Below, in pieces: positions 39,100 through 51,971 of a stretch of DNA of 64,000 nucleotides. The stretch's first letter is position 1, and each line of letters opens with the position of its first letter. Position numbers and translations under genes: made by a program. The notes under the pieces were generated by a model. That model did no database searches. It was not told the origin of the DNA and saw only the letters and a program-made list of their open reading frames with translations. Origin of the DNA: Obrimoposthia wandeli (lineage: Eukaryota); contig CDROCS010001715.1 in the NCBI GenBank assembly GCA_977020255.1, forward strand, positions 186,001 through 250,000. Direction: 5' to 3'.

Positions 39100-41339
39100 G
39101 TAAGCCTCGTATTCCAAAATCCCAATTCTGCTGGCACAGTTTCTGGGAATAGTTTTGCCATTTCTGGGGGTTATGAACCAGTCCTCAACAGTTTAGAAAC
39201 GACAAGCCAAAGCCATAGATAAATATGAGTGAATCTAAACTAAGTTTTATTATTTTCACCTATAGGCTACTTAGTACTTTACTCCTTTTTGGCACATTTA
39301 ATAAAGTGCAATCCTTACTACACGAATCGATTTGCAGTCATTTCAAGCTTATTCAGCGAACTTTGGATTTCTATGAAAAAACAGATATCTGCATATATGT
39401 GATGTTGGGATTCAAATGGTGTTACCTCTTTGTTGCGACATACATATATTCGACAGAAATTAGCAAACTCCTTCTTGTATAAAGGTGTCATCCTTCTCAT
39501 TGACGTCAAACTTATAGATTATAATTTATATAATTAGTTTTGTCATCCATTTTAGGTGAGCTCTATAATCATCTACAATTGCAGGTGACCAAATTCTTAG
39601 ATTAGGTCAGCGCTGGGGCTCACGAAGATAACCTGTTTGTGAACCCTGTTGTCAGACACTAGCATTAACCAATCTGGCACATTTCGAGCAGTGTGATTAG
39701 AGACATGCGCAAATAGCTTTGGAATGAGCGGTGGCGTTACGTACTAATTATTAAAAAATTTAACCAACTTTAAAATATTTTTTTATCAAATTCATCCAAC
39801 ATCGACAGTTCTATTTACAAAACAATATTTTAAAATAAGATTTTTAAAAAAATTACAAAAGGAAATCTAGTCGAGAAAATAAAATTTAATACAAGTTATG
39901 TTTTGCTATTTTTTTCGCGTAATCAAATTTTAGTATCACAGATATTGACAGTAATCAAGTAGAGCAGCTAGCCGAGAGTCAATTTTTTTAAAAATAATTC
40001 GAAATTATTTTCAAATATCTAAATAACTAAATTAGCGAAATTTTCAAATTCGCTTGATTACAATTCTCGGTGACCAACATATTAACAATTCATTTTATGT
40101 TATAACTTGTATTTCTATAACTATTGTTAAAGATTTAAGAAACGCATCAAGACCCACGACAAGCGTTTGTGTATATAAAAATAAGAATATACACAGAGTT
40201 AAGTGAATTCATATCTAAATAAAAGTGCTTAGTTTAAATTAAACAAATCAAATTTGTTTTCTTTATAAACATAAAATTATTTTAAATAAATAAATTATAA
40301 AATTTTCATATTGTTGCTTACAGATTTGTCAACGCTGATTGACAAAAAAACAAAAAAATATTTATTTTCATTTGATTTTATCTCATTTTTGGTGTCTTAT
40401 TAAAATGACACTTAAATCAGTTACTGGTTAACTAATGTCTTAATTTCTTTTTAAATGGTTTTCAAATGCCATATCATTAACCATACATGGATTTATAAAA
40501 AAACGATTTTGAAATAAATAGAGAACGTAGGCAATAAAATAAGTCATGATTTCCACACCCACTCAGTGAGTCAATATCTGAGAAAGCAAAGTCACAAAAC
40601 TACTGTTACGACTCGAGTTGGTAAAGACCACCAACATCGTTAGTCGGTACTAACCGACTTTATTGTCCATCAATATACCACAAATGACAACTCAATTTAT
40701 CACCACAGCTCACGAGACTACTCGTCACTCTCAAATAGATGTATATGTCATCGCCAAAATTCTGTGATTCTACAATAGCGAAACAGCGTCATGAAATTTC
40801 TCTTTTCATCTATTTACTTGAATTATATGGTAGCATGCATTTAATTTGAATACTCAATATTTTTTTTGAATTTCATATTTGACAATTAATTGAACTTTAT
40901 GAACATAAATTAAAGTACAAGTTGTTAAAGGGAATGACTTTATTGAGAAAACGGTCTTCAAAGATGCATGGGTATTTGTTTTCAACCGTTTTATAGCTTG
41001 AAAATCTAATGTGATGATTAAAAATGGACAGCGGTAGAATTAAACTATCAAAGCTGAAAACCACAGATTTTCATGATAATTTAAATTTTATTTATTCTTC
41101 AATTATTTTGTTAGCTAAATTTTTCTTCCCATCTTTATTATTTTGAAATATATTTATTTTTTATTTTAAATAATTGTGACAAATATAACCCAATTTTTAA
41201 AATTGAAATAAAAAGTGATTCATTAAAATTTTCTGAATGACTACAAACTCACCAATAGAAACATATTTACTCTTGTTTTTACAGCAAATCGAGTGATCAA
41301 AGATGGAAGACTTTCTAAAATTCTGACAACGTTACTAAC

Positions 41340-42780
41340 CTTAGTTTGTTGGTGATCTTTCCAATGTACGACCTACGTGACATCAGACACATGAAATTAA
41401 AACGTATAAACTAATTTAGAGATAAGAGATTATGGTGTAGAAGTTTGTTAGAAATCACATTGGATACTTTAAATTATTTTGAAACAAGCCTTATTTTTGT
41501 CAAAGATATTTTAGTCATTTTGAACTGTCAAAAACGTACGGAAAATGGCATAATCAGACAATTATTAGGAAAGATTTCATTTGAGGTTTTTCTACTGTCC
41601 AATGAATAAAACTTATTTGTAACGGAACGTATTTGTTTCTCAATAAATGAATATTTGTATCCGTTCTTAAGAAGCCGTCTGTTTAATGTACATGGTGATC
41701 GCAGGCCCGGTTCTAGAACTTTTATGTGTGTAGGCGAGATGTATATTTGCCGCCCAAAAAAATTCAATTATTTTAAAATTGAAGAAAAATAGAAAAACAA
41801 TATAACCTAAACTTAATTATGTATATATATTTATTTAATTAGAAACATTATATAAAAACAAAAATAAACATAAATAAATTCAATTTATACCAAAATAAAA
41901 CATAACGCAAACAAATCATAATTAAAAGTGAATTTTCCTTGCTTTTAATTCTGCAAAATCTTTGACTAATTCTTCCATGTCTAATTGATCAGCAATTTCT
42001 TTTTCAATAGAAATTGTAGCTAGACCAACTAAACGATCTTGACACATTTGTGATCTCAAATATGATTTTATAATTTTTAGCTTTGAAAAGCTTCTTTCAG
42101 CATTAGCAACTGTAATAATATTTTTACAGTATAAACTTGGTATTTAAATCGCGGAAAAGTCACCGCCACCTAAGCAAAAAATTCAAATTTCAAAAGCAAG
42201 AAAACCAATCATTTTAAAAGCAAGAAAACCAATAAACCTAGATGGCATTGTAATCAACGCCATCTAGTATACGCTAGAGCTAAATAGATAATTTCATACT
42301 TAATAAACAGGAAACATAGTTACTGCAAAACAAACGAAAAATGCGAAAACATAACGAAAAATTTAAAATTTTACATGGATTTTGAAATTTATTTCGTTTC
42401 GTTTTGAAAAAGTATCAAAAATAAAATTAAGAAAATGCCGCCCTAAAAAATTTCGGAAAAGTGCCGCCGTCGGCTATCGCCGACGTCGCCTACGCCTAGA
42501 ACCGGGCCTGGGTGATCGTAAAGTAGTTATGGGGTTTTAAATTTCCAAACAAATACCAAAGTAATGAATGTAGGCAAATGATTTATTAGCCAGCAAAAAA
42601 TACCAACTTCAAAATTTATTTTTATCAACATTTTTACCATCTAACAGAATATAGTATAGGTTAAATCAATACAAAACTCCTAAGTATTTACAAGTGTCAA
42701 TCAAGTTGTCCAAAAGGCAGATCTAAAGCACTGCACAATCGAGCATATGAACATATTGATCAATGTATCAACAACAGAAC
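41340..42780 (-). mobile_element. Penelope-like element remnant split by a hAT insertion
   Basis: LLKNGYKYSFIEKQI (PLE RT C-terminal NGYP-type motif) and CHVGRT (GIY-YIG-like); heavily decayed. Confidence 0.5.
41702..42510 (-). mobile_element. internally deleted hAT transposon
   Basis: Perfect 15-bp TIR CAGGCCCGGTTCTAG; 8-bp TSD GGTGATCG; hAT dimerisation remnant TVANAERSFSKLKIIKSYLRSQMCQDRL...IE at 41922-42116. Confidence 0.95.
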
Positions 42781-44281
42781 TCGCATCTTCTATTAAAATC
42801 AAAATATGTCACTATAATTGTGTTAGTTTGAAGTTTAACTTTGAGATTGTAATCGAAAATTTTGCGTAGCTTCACAGTAAATATTTTGATTGGAGATTTG
42901 TAATAGAAATGCAATTTATTTAAACTTAAAGTTATTTTTGAATATTCAAGTCAGAATGAACTTATGCTTCTAAATTTATCTGAAATGTTTATGGAAAAAG
43001 CATACATACATACCATTTATGATACTATGTGTATGCTTTGTTATTTTTGCTGTAACGATTGTTGAATAATGAATAATTAGTAACATATTAACTAATTTGT
43101 CTTCAAATCATAAGCCAATCTTATTATACACTTCCACCGCTCAATTTTATCGAAAAGATACTGGTTATGTTGATTTATTTCTGTTAATTTTTATTCCTTA
43201 TTTTCAATGTTGGTCGGATAATTCAAAGACATAAATATATTTCAAAATAAAAAAAAGATGGGGAAGAACAATTTAGCTAACAAAATAATTGAAAAATAAA
43301 TACAATTTAAAATTATTATAAAAATCTGTGATTTTCAGCTTTGATAACCTCTCTTGATAGTTTAATTCTGCCTCTGCCCAACAACAAAGGAAATGTTGAT
43401 TAAAAAATATCACAATAGAGTCAATTAATATTTGTAACATATGCACTTTAAAACGTAAACGAGTTCCTACGATAATAAAAAATGAGTATTTACAGTCACC
43501 TCATAAATTCGATATCAGAAATTATTTGTTCCTAAAAATTATAAATTATCCTGGATTTAAAACGATAAACTTCCAGTAACTTATTCCATAGCGGAAGATA
43601 GTTGGGAAAAGGCACGTGAACGAGTTGAAAAAAGAGTTTGGTTACACTCAAGTCATTCCTAGATCAGGTAAAACAAGCAAAAACAAGCCATTGTCCCTAC
43701 CATGGGCAATGAGTTGAGCTTCTGACAATTATAAATCTGTTCATTAACTAAAGGACCCAGATGAACTGAAGAGAAAGAGCAAGAGAGCCTCGATGGTAAG
43801 ACATAATTATTTTCTCTGACAAAGTAACTTTATATATCAATGAGAGCGTAAATAGTCATACTTTTTTCTGAGGAAAATCTGAATCAGATTATGGAGAAAT
43901 CAGAGAAGTCAGTGCCAGTGACAATTTGGACAATGATTCCATCGGATGGTTTTGTTCAATACAAATGTTTACACGTCACAAGGAACCATTAAGGGTATTG
44001 CATTTTTTTAATGAGCGTGTTTTTAATTTTAACAAGTGACCGCTACAACCAAGATATGTATATGTTAGCGGAAATATACATATTCCGGTAAATAAAATTG
44101 TTCCTAAATGATTTTTGAAAATTCTTCTTTTTCCATACGCTTCTTTGTATTTGTAAACTTTAAAACCTCCATCTTTGTCCACATTACAAAAGGTTTTCAG
44201 ACAGCAATTCGTCGAAAACAAATTTTGTTGTTAAATTCAGTTTCTATATATCTAAACTTACCACCCTCTAAACGTACCCAG

Positions 44282-44400
44282 AAATGATTTCAAGCCGCCT
44301 TCCTCTACAAATGGAAATGGAATTATCAGCCATCCTTCTTCTTTCACTCCTAAAACTGTCCTATGTGCTCAAAATTCGGAGATCAAGATGATTAACAGCG
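44282..44400 (+). CDS. host gene exon
   Basis: CAG/.../GTTAG; 119 nt, phase 2 in and phase 1 out; NDFKPPSSTNGNG...KMINS. Confidence 0.65.
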
Positions 44401-45246
44401 GTTAGATTATGATTTTCTATTTTTTGTAAAATTTTATTTTCAAACTACCATAAACATTTCCAAAAAATAGATTTTAAAAATTGTTATATTTTATAGAAAT
44501 GTCTTGAATATTATAAACTTCCTATACATAAATAGCTTTTCTTTATTCATTTGAAATTGTAGAAAGTATGAAGCAATACAAACCAATAAATAATTATTTC
44601 GTTAATGAAGCTTTCTTAAAGTTTTTACAATCGAAAATCACAAACTTCAGTAAAATTTAAGGAATACTAGGCTTTTATTTGTCTAAGGCTTTGTGCCTTT
44701 GTGCTTTAGTTAAAAATAACAATTTTAGAAAATAAAGAAAAGTTTGCTTTTTATTTGTTTAGCTGAACTACTTAAATTCATTTTAAACACAGTACTGACC
44801 ATAAGTATGGAATATGTTTTTATTTTATTTTTCTACTAAAATTTCATTTTTTGCTTCGGAAATATTAATGATTAAATGCTTTATGAAAATTTACATGAAT
44901 ATACAAGTTTTACAACTACAACAGTTCAATGCTATTATAATTTACAACTTGCTTATATGAAAATAATGTTGCACAATGAAAACTAAAACAACCTGTCAAT
45001 TTATTCTTATTTTTCGCAACGGTTTTAATTTGTACAGTACATTATTGAATGGAAAATAGATTAGTTGTGCTAAATATGGTTTCAGAGGTTTTAAACATTT
45101 CAATAAATTGGATTTTTTATTTTATCTTTTGAAATTTAGGCTTTGAAAAGGTAAAAAGAAGTTATAACCCTTTTGTTTCTAAATTTCTTTCTTTCATTTA
45201 TTTTATTTATAATTGCAATTTCCTTTATTTATGTTTTTTAACCGTT

Positions 45247-45340
45247 ATTTTGACTCGTATTTTGTTTTTCTCCTTTAAATAATATAGATCTGACCTTATT
45301 TTTCTCTTATAAATCTGACCTAAATATTTAACAAAAACAT
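45247..45340 (+). repeat. near-identical inverted copy of part of the Polinton C left end
   Basis: Reverse complement of about 48274-48367 with 2-3 mismatches. Confidence 0.85.
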
Positions 45341-45839
45341 TAATAAAAATATCTTACAAACTATTTTAAGTATTTTTTCTGTGGCTACCAGTCAAATAAA
45401 TAAGATTAGTAGACTGTAAAAATAATATTTTAATATTATGTATATGAGAAAATTTACAAATTTGATAATTTAGATTGACGAGTAGATTAAACATTAATGT
45501 TACAAGAAAACCCAAAACTGTTCTACGCTTTTTACAAATAGTCTTATTATTGAAGTGATTCTAACCTATTGTCTTTTTATCATGCATATTTTCTAGATTT
45601 TATTTTGCTGCAATGCTTAGCATAATCCTTTTTATTTTCTATTTTAATTTCATTTTTAATTTGGCTTATATTACCATTTCAAACTCAAAATTGAGTAAAT
45701 AAGAACATTTTATTCATACAAATTGCTTAAACAACAATTTTATGCCCAATTTAATACTTATTCTTATTTTTCATCGACATGATACTCGTATTGAGATAAA
45801 TACTTGACAAAATTCAAATATTTACAAATTGGACTAAAC

Positions 45840-45955
45840 AGAAATTCTTAGTTGGGTTAATAAGATAGATAATGAACTGCGATAGTTCTGTGGTAGAATC
45901 TGCGATTCGTGAGTAGTGAGACCGCGAATCAATTCCCAGTCGCAACAACTTAGTT
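45840..45955 (+). repeat. dispersed repeat with tRNA-like segment
   Basis: TGCGAT...GTCGCA closing stem, TAGTTCTGTGGTAGAA and TCAATTCCC boxes; homologous to 32312-32430. Confidence 0.45.
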
Positions 45956-46399
45956 TCTCATGAACCTAGCACTAGGAGTTATCATTTTATAAAGGATAGT
46001 TTGTGAATTAAACAGTTGATCCTTGATTTTACATTCAACATAACTTTAGTAACATTCGTATTGACTGTGTAAAACTAAGAATACTAAGGTTATCTTTATT
46101 TAATGTTGGAGTTAGAGTTGCTTCCCTTCTTAGGAAAGTCTATTCGGTGAGTTCTTAAAGACCTTACTAAAGGACCTACTCTAATTCTTATCTCATTTTT
46201 GAAGGTAAAACAGTATTTGATGGAGTTGAAAACTCTCGGTAAAACTGATTTGTTCAGCACTAATCAATAGCTTACGATCCAGGGCGTTTATTTTTATTTC
46301 ACACATTTACTCTAAATTAGCTAACCATTAAAGTTGTTTAATTTTTAATTTATCAGTAGAAAAATGGGACACTCTAATTTTGCTAAACCTTTAAATGAC

Positions 46400-47230
46400 A
46401 TGACATAAAAATCATATCTGCCTAAACCTGAATTTCTAAATAAACTAAATGTGAGCTACATGTGTTTAACTATTATAAAACGCCATTATAGTAAAACATC
46501 AATCCCACTGTCGGAAACCATCGTGCAGTGGATATCTTTCTGTTCAACCTTTTTAAAAATGACTTTGGCAACTTTGTTAGTTGCTTGCCAGACATTAGCA
46601 CACGCTATGCTTTCAGTATCCCTTAGGGACTTTGGGAAAATTCTCAATTAGAAAAAAAAGAATTTCATAGTCTTGCAAAAACTCTGACAACATCCTTTAA
46701 GTCGACACCAAGCCGATTTATAAAAGGAACAAGTCTCCATTCATGTTGCTGAACTTCAGAGAAAGTGGCTTACTTTGACTATTCCTGAGTTGGTTATCCA
46801 TCTCAAGACCTTTGTCAATCTTGCCATTTAACTGAGTCAGTACAATTCCAATTATTTACAAAGTTAGCTGACATTTAATTCGTTATTATAAGGAGCTTTC
46901 AATCTTTTCTTTCTTGAATTCATGTGTCTCTTTGGAAATGGCAGCTTGCAAATAATATTTCAATGGCGAATTTTGATTGATAATTTAACTAAAAAATGCT
47001 ATGTTATACAATACCTATATGCAGATATATTTTGGGAAGCTCCAACTGATTTTTTTATCTTCTATTAATCAGCTTTTTAGTATTTTCTGGGCAATACAAT
47101 CTCTACCATGAATTCAAGCCAATGTTTGACCTCCAAGAACTTTCTGCACAACGCAGTATATCGTACTCCTCGAACATTTCACTATTAGAAAATGTACAAG
47201 TGTATGGTTTACTATAATTTTTATTTTGTG
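46400..47230 (-). mobile_element. non-LTR retrotransposon (LINE) remnant
   Basis: Fragmentary RT-like frames (e.g. HDGFRQ); many stops. Confidence 0.3.
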
Positions 47231-47514
47231 TGTAAAATCCCGGAATGAGATTGTTTCTATCCGCTTGCGTTATGTGATTTATCTCAGTTAGAATTTGTAT
47301 TTAAAAAATGAACATTGATAAAATAAACTTACTCCAATTGTTTATTAGCAACGAGTAACAAAAAAATAAAATATTTACCGCAATTGAACAATATTAAATT
47401 TTAGTTATTTACGTTTATAATTAATTTCTTATGGTTTATTCAGGCCAAATAGATATATGAAAACAGTTTATTTTTTGTCCAAGAAAAATAATTAAATATA
47501 CTTTCTTTTTTCAG

Positions 47515-47618
47515 ACATTGGTGATCCCAGCCAATTTGATCGTAGTGACAGAAGCTTGATCCACAAATCAGTCAGCAGTACCATCACCAAGAGCTCCCAA
47601 TCAAATCTTTGGTCGTAA
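47515..47618 (+). CDS. host gene exon, probably the last coding exon
   Basis: Polypyrimidine TCAG/ acceptor, phase 1 in, DIGDPSQFDRSDRSLIHKSVSS...NLWS*. An alternative donor GTAAAG lies at 47615. Confidence 0.65.
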
Positions 47619-48385
47619 AGAATATGTCGTGTGTCCTGATTTTCACGAAATATATCCCGTTTTATTACTATGTTTTGTCTGCCATTTATTCTCCGCTACG
47701 TACTTGACGTGCTATTTAAGCCTAAAATTTCTACCCATTTATTTGATTTCGTGCCCAATAATGTTTATGGCCACAACATAATTTGCACATTTGGTAAAAA
47801 ATAGTCGAAAATCGTGATTCCTGTGTGTCAGAATTTACTTCCTTTGCTAAATTGTTAATAATTTTCATGAAACCGTTTCTATAAAATGATTTCCATTTTA
47901 TAATATCGAAATGGTTAGTTTAAGACAGTAGGTGAATGTGTCCGGTCTAATCCACACCCCCTCCCCCGGGGGGCTACCACTGTCCTTTAAAACCGTGCAT
48001 GTGTGTGGAGTGAAATTTTGTGTATGTGTGGAGTGAAATTTCGTGCATGTGTAGGGAAATATTTTTGTTGAAAAATTGAAAAATTAACGAATAGGAACGT
48101 GGGTGACCCCACCCACTTATTTTTTATTTTACTTTGAAATTTACCGCGAATCTCAAAAGTGATTAGAGAAGACCACGGGAATCTATATTGGCCCCGGCGG
48201 CTTATCGCAGACGAGATTTCAAATAATATGTTAATATATTACTACTATTTTTAAGAAAGATTTTAGATTACTACATGTTTTTGTTAAATATTTAGGTCAG
48301 ATTTATAAGAGAAAAATTAGGTCAGATCTATATTATTTAGAGGAGAAAAACAAAATACGAGTCAAAATTATTTTCAAAACATTTA

Positions 48386-48796
48386 TTAAACATAAAACAT
48401 CATATTGGCTTCACTCATAGTCCAAAGAGGCTGCATTTTCCCGTCATCAGCAAAATATCCATTGAGACGTATTGAGATATTCCATAGTTCTTCATCTAGA
48501 ATTGGAGCAATCAAATATCCTAGATCCTCTTTAAAATCCAGACTGGGGTAACTTTCAAACTGGAAACAATTTCCATCATATACATAATCAGGAATGTAAA
48601 ATCCCAAAATATATTTCAATTGATCAATATCAGATGTTGTTAAAATTTCGATGAGATATTTATTCTCCACTTTTGATATTTTCACAGGATTCATAACTCG
48701 TATAATTTGATGCCTCTTTAATATATTACATAGTTTTCCTTTTGAAATTCTTTCTGGATAATAAAAATTTCCTACACATCTCAAAAGAGAATCCAT
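48386..48796 (-). CDS. Polinton terminal-repeat gene of unknown function
   Basis: Intact ORF; motif WNISIRLNGY...G..QPLW.M..A is shared with 48945-49397 and 57330-57598. Confidence 0.7.
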   Translation of the reverse strand: MDSLLRCVGNFYYPERISKGKLCNILKRHQIIRVMNPVKISKVENKYLIEILTTSDIDQLKYILGFYIPDYVYDGNCFQFESYPSLDFKEDLGYLIAPILDEELWNISIRLNGYFADDGKMQPLWTMSEANMMFYV

Positions 48797-48944
48797 TCTA
48801 AAATAAGGAAACTGATTAAAAAACAATGTTTATAAAAAATACATATAAGATACAAATATTTTAAAAATAAAACTTATTATTAATTGACAAATGAAAGAAA
48901 CATAGTAAAACCGATTGCAATTTATTACATACAAAATGAAATAT

Positions 48945-49397
48945 TTAAAACATAGAAATATGAGCACGTTCAATTTTCCACTTAGGCAACTTTGTCCCCA
49001 TTTCATCTTTCTTGTAACCATAAAGTCGAATTTTTACAGTCCATTGCTTCTTTTTCGGAAACGCATCAACATCTATTTCTCTTCCATAGTCATCTAGAAA
49101 TGCTTCATCGGCTCCTCGGATATAAAATTCGTTCTTATTGAAAGTAAAATTCGGAACTGCCTTTTCAATTTTCTGTTTAAGATATTGAAAATCTGGTTTT
49201 TGAATATTTGATAGATAGTAGCTGAACTTTCTTCTTTCAATTGTCACAGGATTTACTAAAGCAATCAGTTGAGCCTTCTTCAAGAATCTGACTTTGTATT
49301 TGAAATATTGTGTCACTTCTTCATACATATCCTTATCCGATTCTTCAAACATTTCCGAATCTTCGTCACCGCTTAATACCCGTTGGCTATCGTCCAT
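48945..49397 (-). CDS. Polinton gene of unknown function, paralog of the previous ORF
   Basis: Intact ORF with acidic N-terminus; WTVKIRLYGY...G...PKWKIERA; TATAAAAG upstream (49458-49465). Confidence 0.7.
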   Translation of the reverse strand: MDDSQRVLSGDEDSEMFEESDKDMYEEVTQYFKYKVRFLKKAQLIALVNPVTIERRKFSYYLSNIQKPDFQYLKQKIEKAVPNFTFNKNEFYIRGADEAFLDDYGREIDVDAFPKKKQWTVKIRLYGYKKDEMGTKLPKWKIERAHISMF

Positions 49398-49643
49398 CGT
49401 TGATAATTGTCTTTGATATGAATGCATTTATTGTGATTTTTCCTCCAATGGCGCATTCTTTTATACTAATTTCTAACAAAGACATGAATCTCATTGGTTA
49501 ATATAACTAAAGCATTGAATTTGATTGGAAGAAATATATCATCCAATTATAATAGGTTTGCAAGATAATTACAAGAAACGTGCAATAAAAAAGCAGTTTC
49601 AGACATATATAAAGAAGATTTTACAGAAAACAACTTTAGTCTA

Positions 49644-50144
49644 ATGAAACTCGTAAATATAAATTATAAAGGTAGAATAGAAGATGATGTTTTGTACTTA
49701 CCATTCAATGAATGAAAGCCGAGACAATATGTGAAAAAGTTTGACAATTTCATAGTTATTATTTTTCTTACAGGTTAATTTTTTATTTTATTTTCATATT
49801 GAATTCTTTTAGGAAATTGTCGTGTTATGGGATGCAAAATACCAATGCTTGGGTTCAATTTACCATTTGGAATTCGAATCACTGCAATACAATCAATCAC
49901 GATTTCGGCTAATCTTGGGAAACAGATAAATCTTTTAAAAACTGCAGAGAAAATAAAAGAAGAATGCATGTTTGAACCAGAAATTTTTCCTGCTCTCAGT
50001 TATTTGAAGTTTAAACCGCTATGTGTAAATATATTTTCCAGTGGTGAAGTTATGATATTGGGATTGAAAAATTTCGATTATCCAGACATTGTTGATTTGA
50101 TTTTAGAAAATATATCTTATTACATCTTGTTATCTTTTCTATAA
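49644..50144 (+). CDS. TATA-binding-protein-like gene (39-nt intron 49774-49812; one TGA at 49713)
   Basis: Spliced product has both TBP half-repeats: IIFLTGNCRVMGCK and IQSITISANL..QINL...FEPEIFPALSY...VNIFSSGEVMILGLK. Confidence 0.85.
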
Positions 50145-50366
50145 ACAAACCCGTTTAAACTTATTGTTTCAAATGAATAATACTATAAATAGAGACAAAA
50201 TATCAATGCTTATGTTCGAATTACCATAAACAAGCACATGGGTATATATTTATTGACTTTACACAAGCTTGCCCAGATGATTTATGTGTTTTTACAAACA
50301 TATTTAATTCTAAGGGAGTAACTGTTTATAAACAAATAGAGGACAATTATAAAAAATAAATTTGCA

Positions 50367-50507
50367 ATGCCTTTTAAGAAGTTGATAGTAAAACGTAAAG
50401 TTAAATCTAAGAAATCAAAAAAAATAATCATTGAGAAAAAAGAAGTGAATAAATTAATCAAATCTGTAGTTAGAAATAAAAGAAAACTTAAATGGCTTCG
50501 AATATAA
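50367..50507 (+). CDS. small Lys/Arg-rich Polinton ORF
   Basis: MPFKKLIVKRKVKSKKSKKII...KLKWLRI*; homolog in copy B. Confidence 0.5.
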   Translation: MPFKKLIVKRKVKSKKSKKIIIEKKEVNKLIKSVVRNKRKLKWLRI

Positions 50508-50533
50508 ACAATATTCAAATTGAATTTTTTTTA

Positions 50534-50853
50534 AAATGAAGAAAATACAAAGAAGCATACCACATTTTAAAGCTTTGGTCAAAGCCTCTTCTCATAAGAG
50601 AATGATTATTCTTAAAGAATTTCCATCTTTTGTTGTAGATGATTTATTGGAAGTTTTGTATAATATAGTTTTGAGTTGAGTAAACGGAAAAATGTATTAA
50701 AGAAATATAGAAAACCTCTTCTAGATATTGCTAATGTAAAAAGTAAAAAAAGGAAACGAAATATTATTCTTAAACATAATGGTGGTTTCATAGGAGCTGT
50801 TATTCCAGTTGTCGCTTCAATTATCAGTAGTATTATAGCTGCGACACGTTCAT
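50534..50853 (+). pseudogene. small Polinton ORF ending in GG plus a hydrophobic amphipathic helix
   Basis: ILKEFPSFVVDDLL...KPLLDI...HNGGFIGAVIPVVASIISSII; one break. Confidence 0.65.
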
Positions 50854-50941
50854 AAACAATTAATTCAAAAATCAGCTAAAGATATGGGTGCTAACCCTTC
50901 TTTACCTAAATTTAAATTTTCTATATATTGAAATTGTTGTA

Positions 50942-51971
50942 ATGGAGAAGATATGGTTCAATCCAAAAGATCCAATTGTATACACAGGAATTTCAAAATT
51001 AGCAAAAAGAACAAAACAAAATTACAAGAAAACGCAGAAATGGCTGAGCGATCAGTTAGCCTACAGTCTGAACAAGCCGATGAGAAGAAGGTTTCCAACT
51101 AGAGTTTACAAAACCAGCGGTCCTAATAATTTATGGCAAATGGATTTGATGGAGATGATCCCATATTCTTCCATTAATAAGGGATACCGATATATTTTAA
51201 TATGTATTGATGTATTTAGCAGGTTTGCTCATGCAATTCCAGTTAAAGCAAAGTCTTCAATAGCTATGCTTGAAGCCATTAAAGAAATATTAAAAGAGGA
51301 CATTCCACAAAATGTGCAAACTGATTTAGGAAAATAATTTTATAATAAGCAAGTTCAATCATTATTTAAACAAAATAATATAAATCACTACTCAGTGTTT
51401 TCACAATACAAAACAGCAGTAGTTGAAAGATTTAATCGTGCTTTAAGAGATCGAATAAAAAGGTATTTCACAAAAGAAGGAAATGAAAAATGGGTCCAAG
51501 TTTTACCTAAAATAATACATGCATATAATCACTCTGAACATAGAGGTCTCAAGGGAATGAGACCTGTTGATGTTACTAACAAAAACTCTATGGATATTTG
51601 GATAGACAGGAATAAAATAGAAAATATTAAAAAAGCTAAATATAAGATTAAACGAATATGTTCGAATTTCTAAAATTAGCTCTACTCCTTTTATTAAAAA
51701 ATTTGATCAGAATTGGAGCGATGAAATATTTTGTATAAGTAAAATTGATCAAAAGAGTAATTCAATAATGTATACTATTAAAGATGCTGACAATAATATC
51801 GTTCACGGTAAATTTTACGATCAAGAACTACAAGTAATATCATATAAACCTAGCGTTTTCCGAATTCAAAAAATATTAAAATCTAAGGGTGCCGGTAAAC
51901 ATAAACAATACTTTGTTCAATGGCATGGTTATTCAGACCCAACTTGGATATCAGCATCTAATATAATATGA
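50942..51971 (+). pseudogene. Polinton integrase with C-terminal chromo-like domain
   Basis: LWQMDLMEM, YILICIDVFSRFA, VQTDLGK*FYN, AVVERFNRAL, YFVQWHGYS; one stop and one frameshift. Confidence 0.95.
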
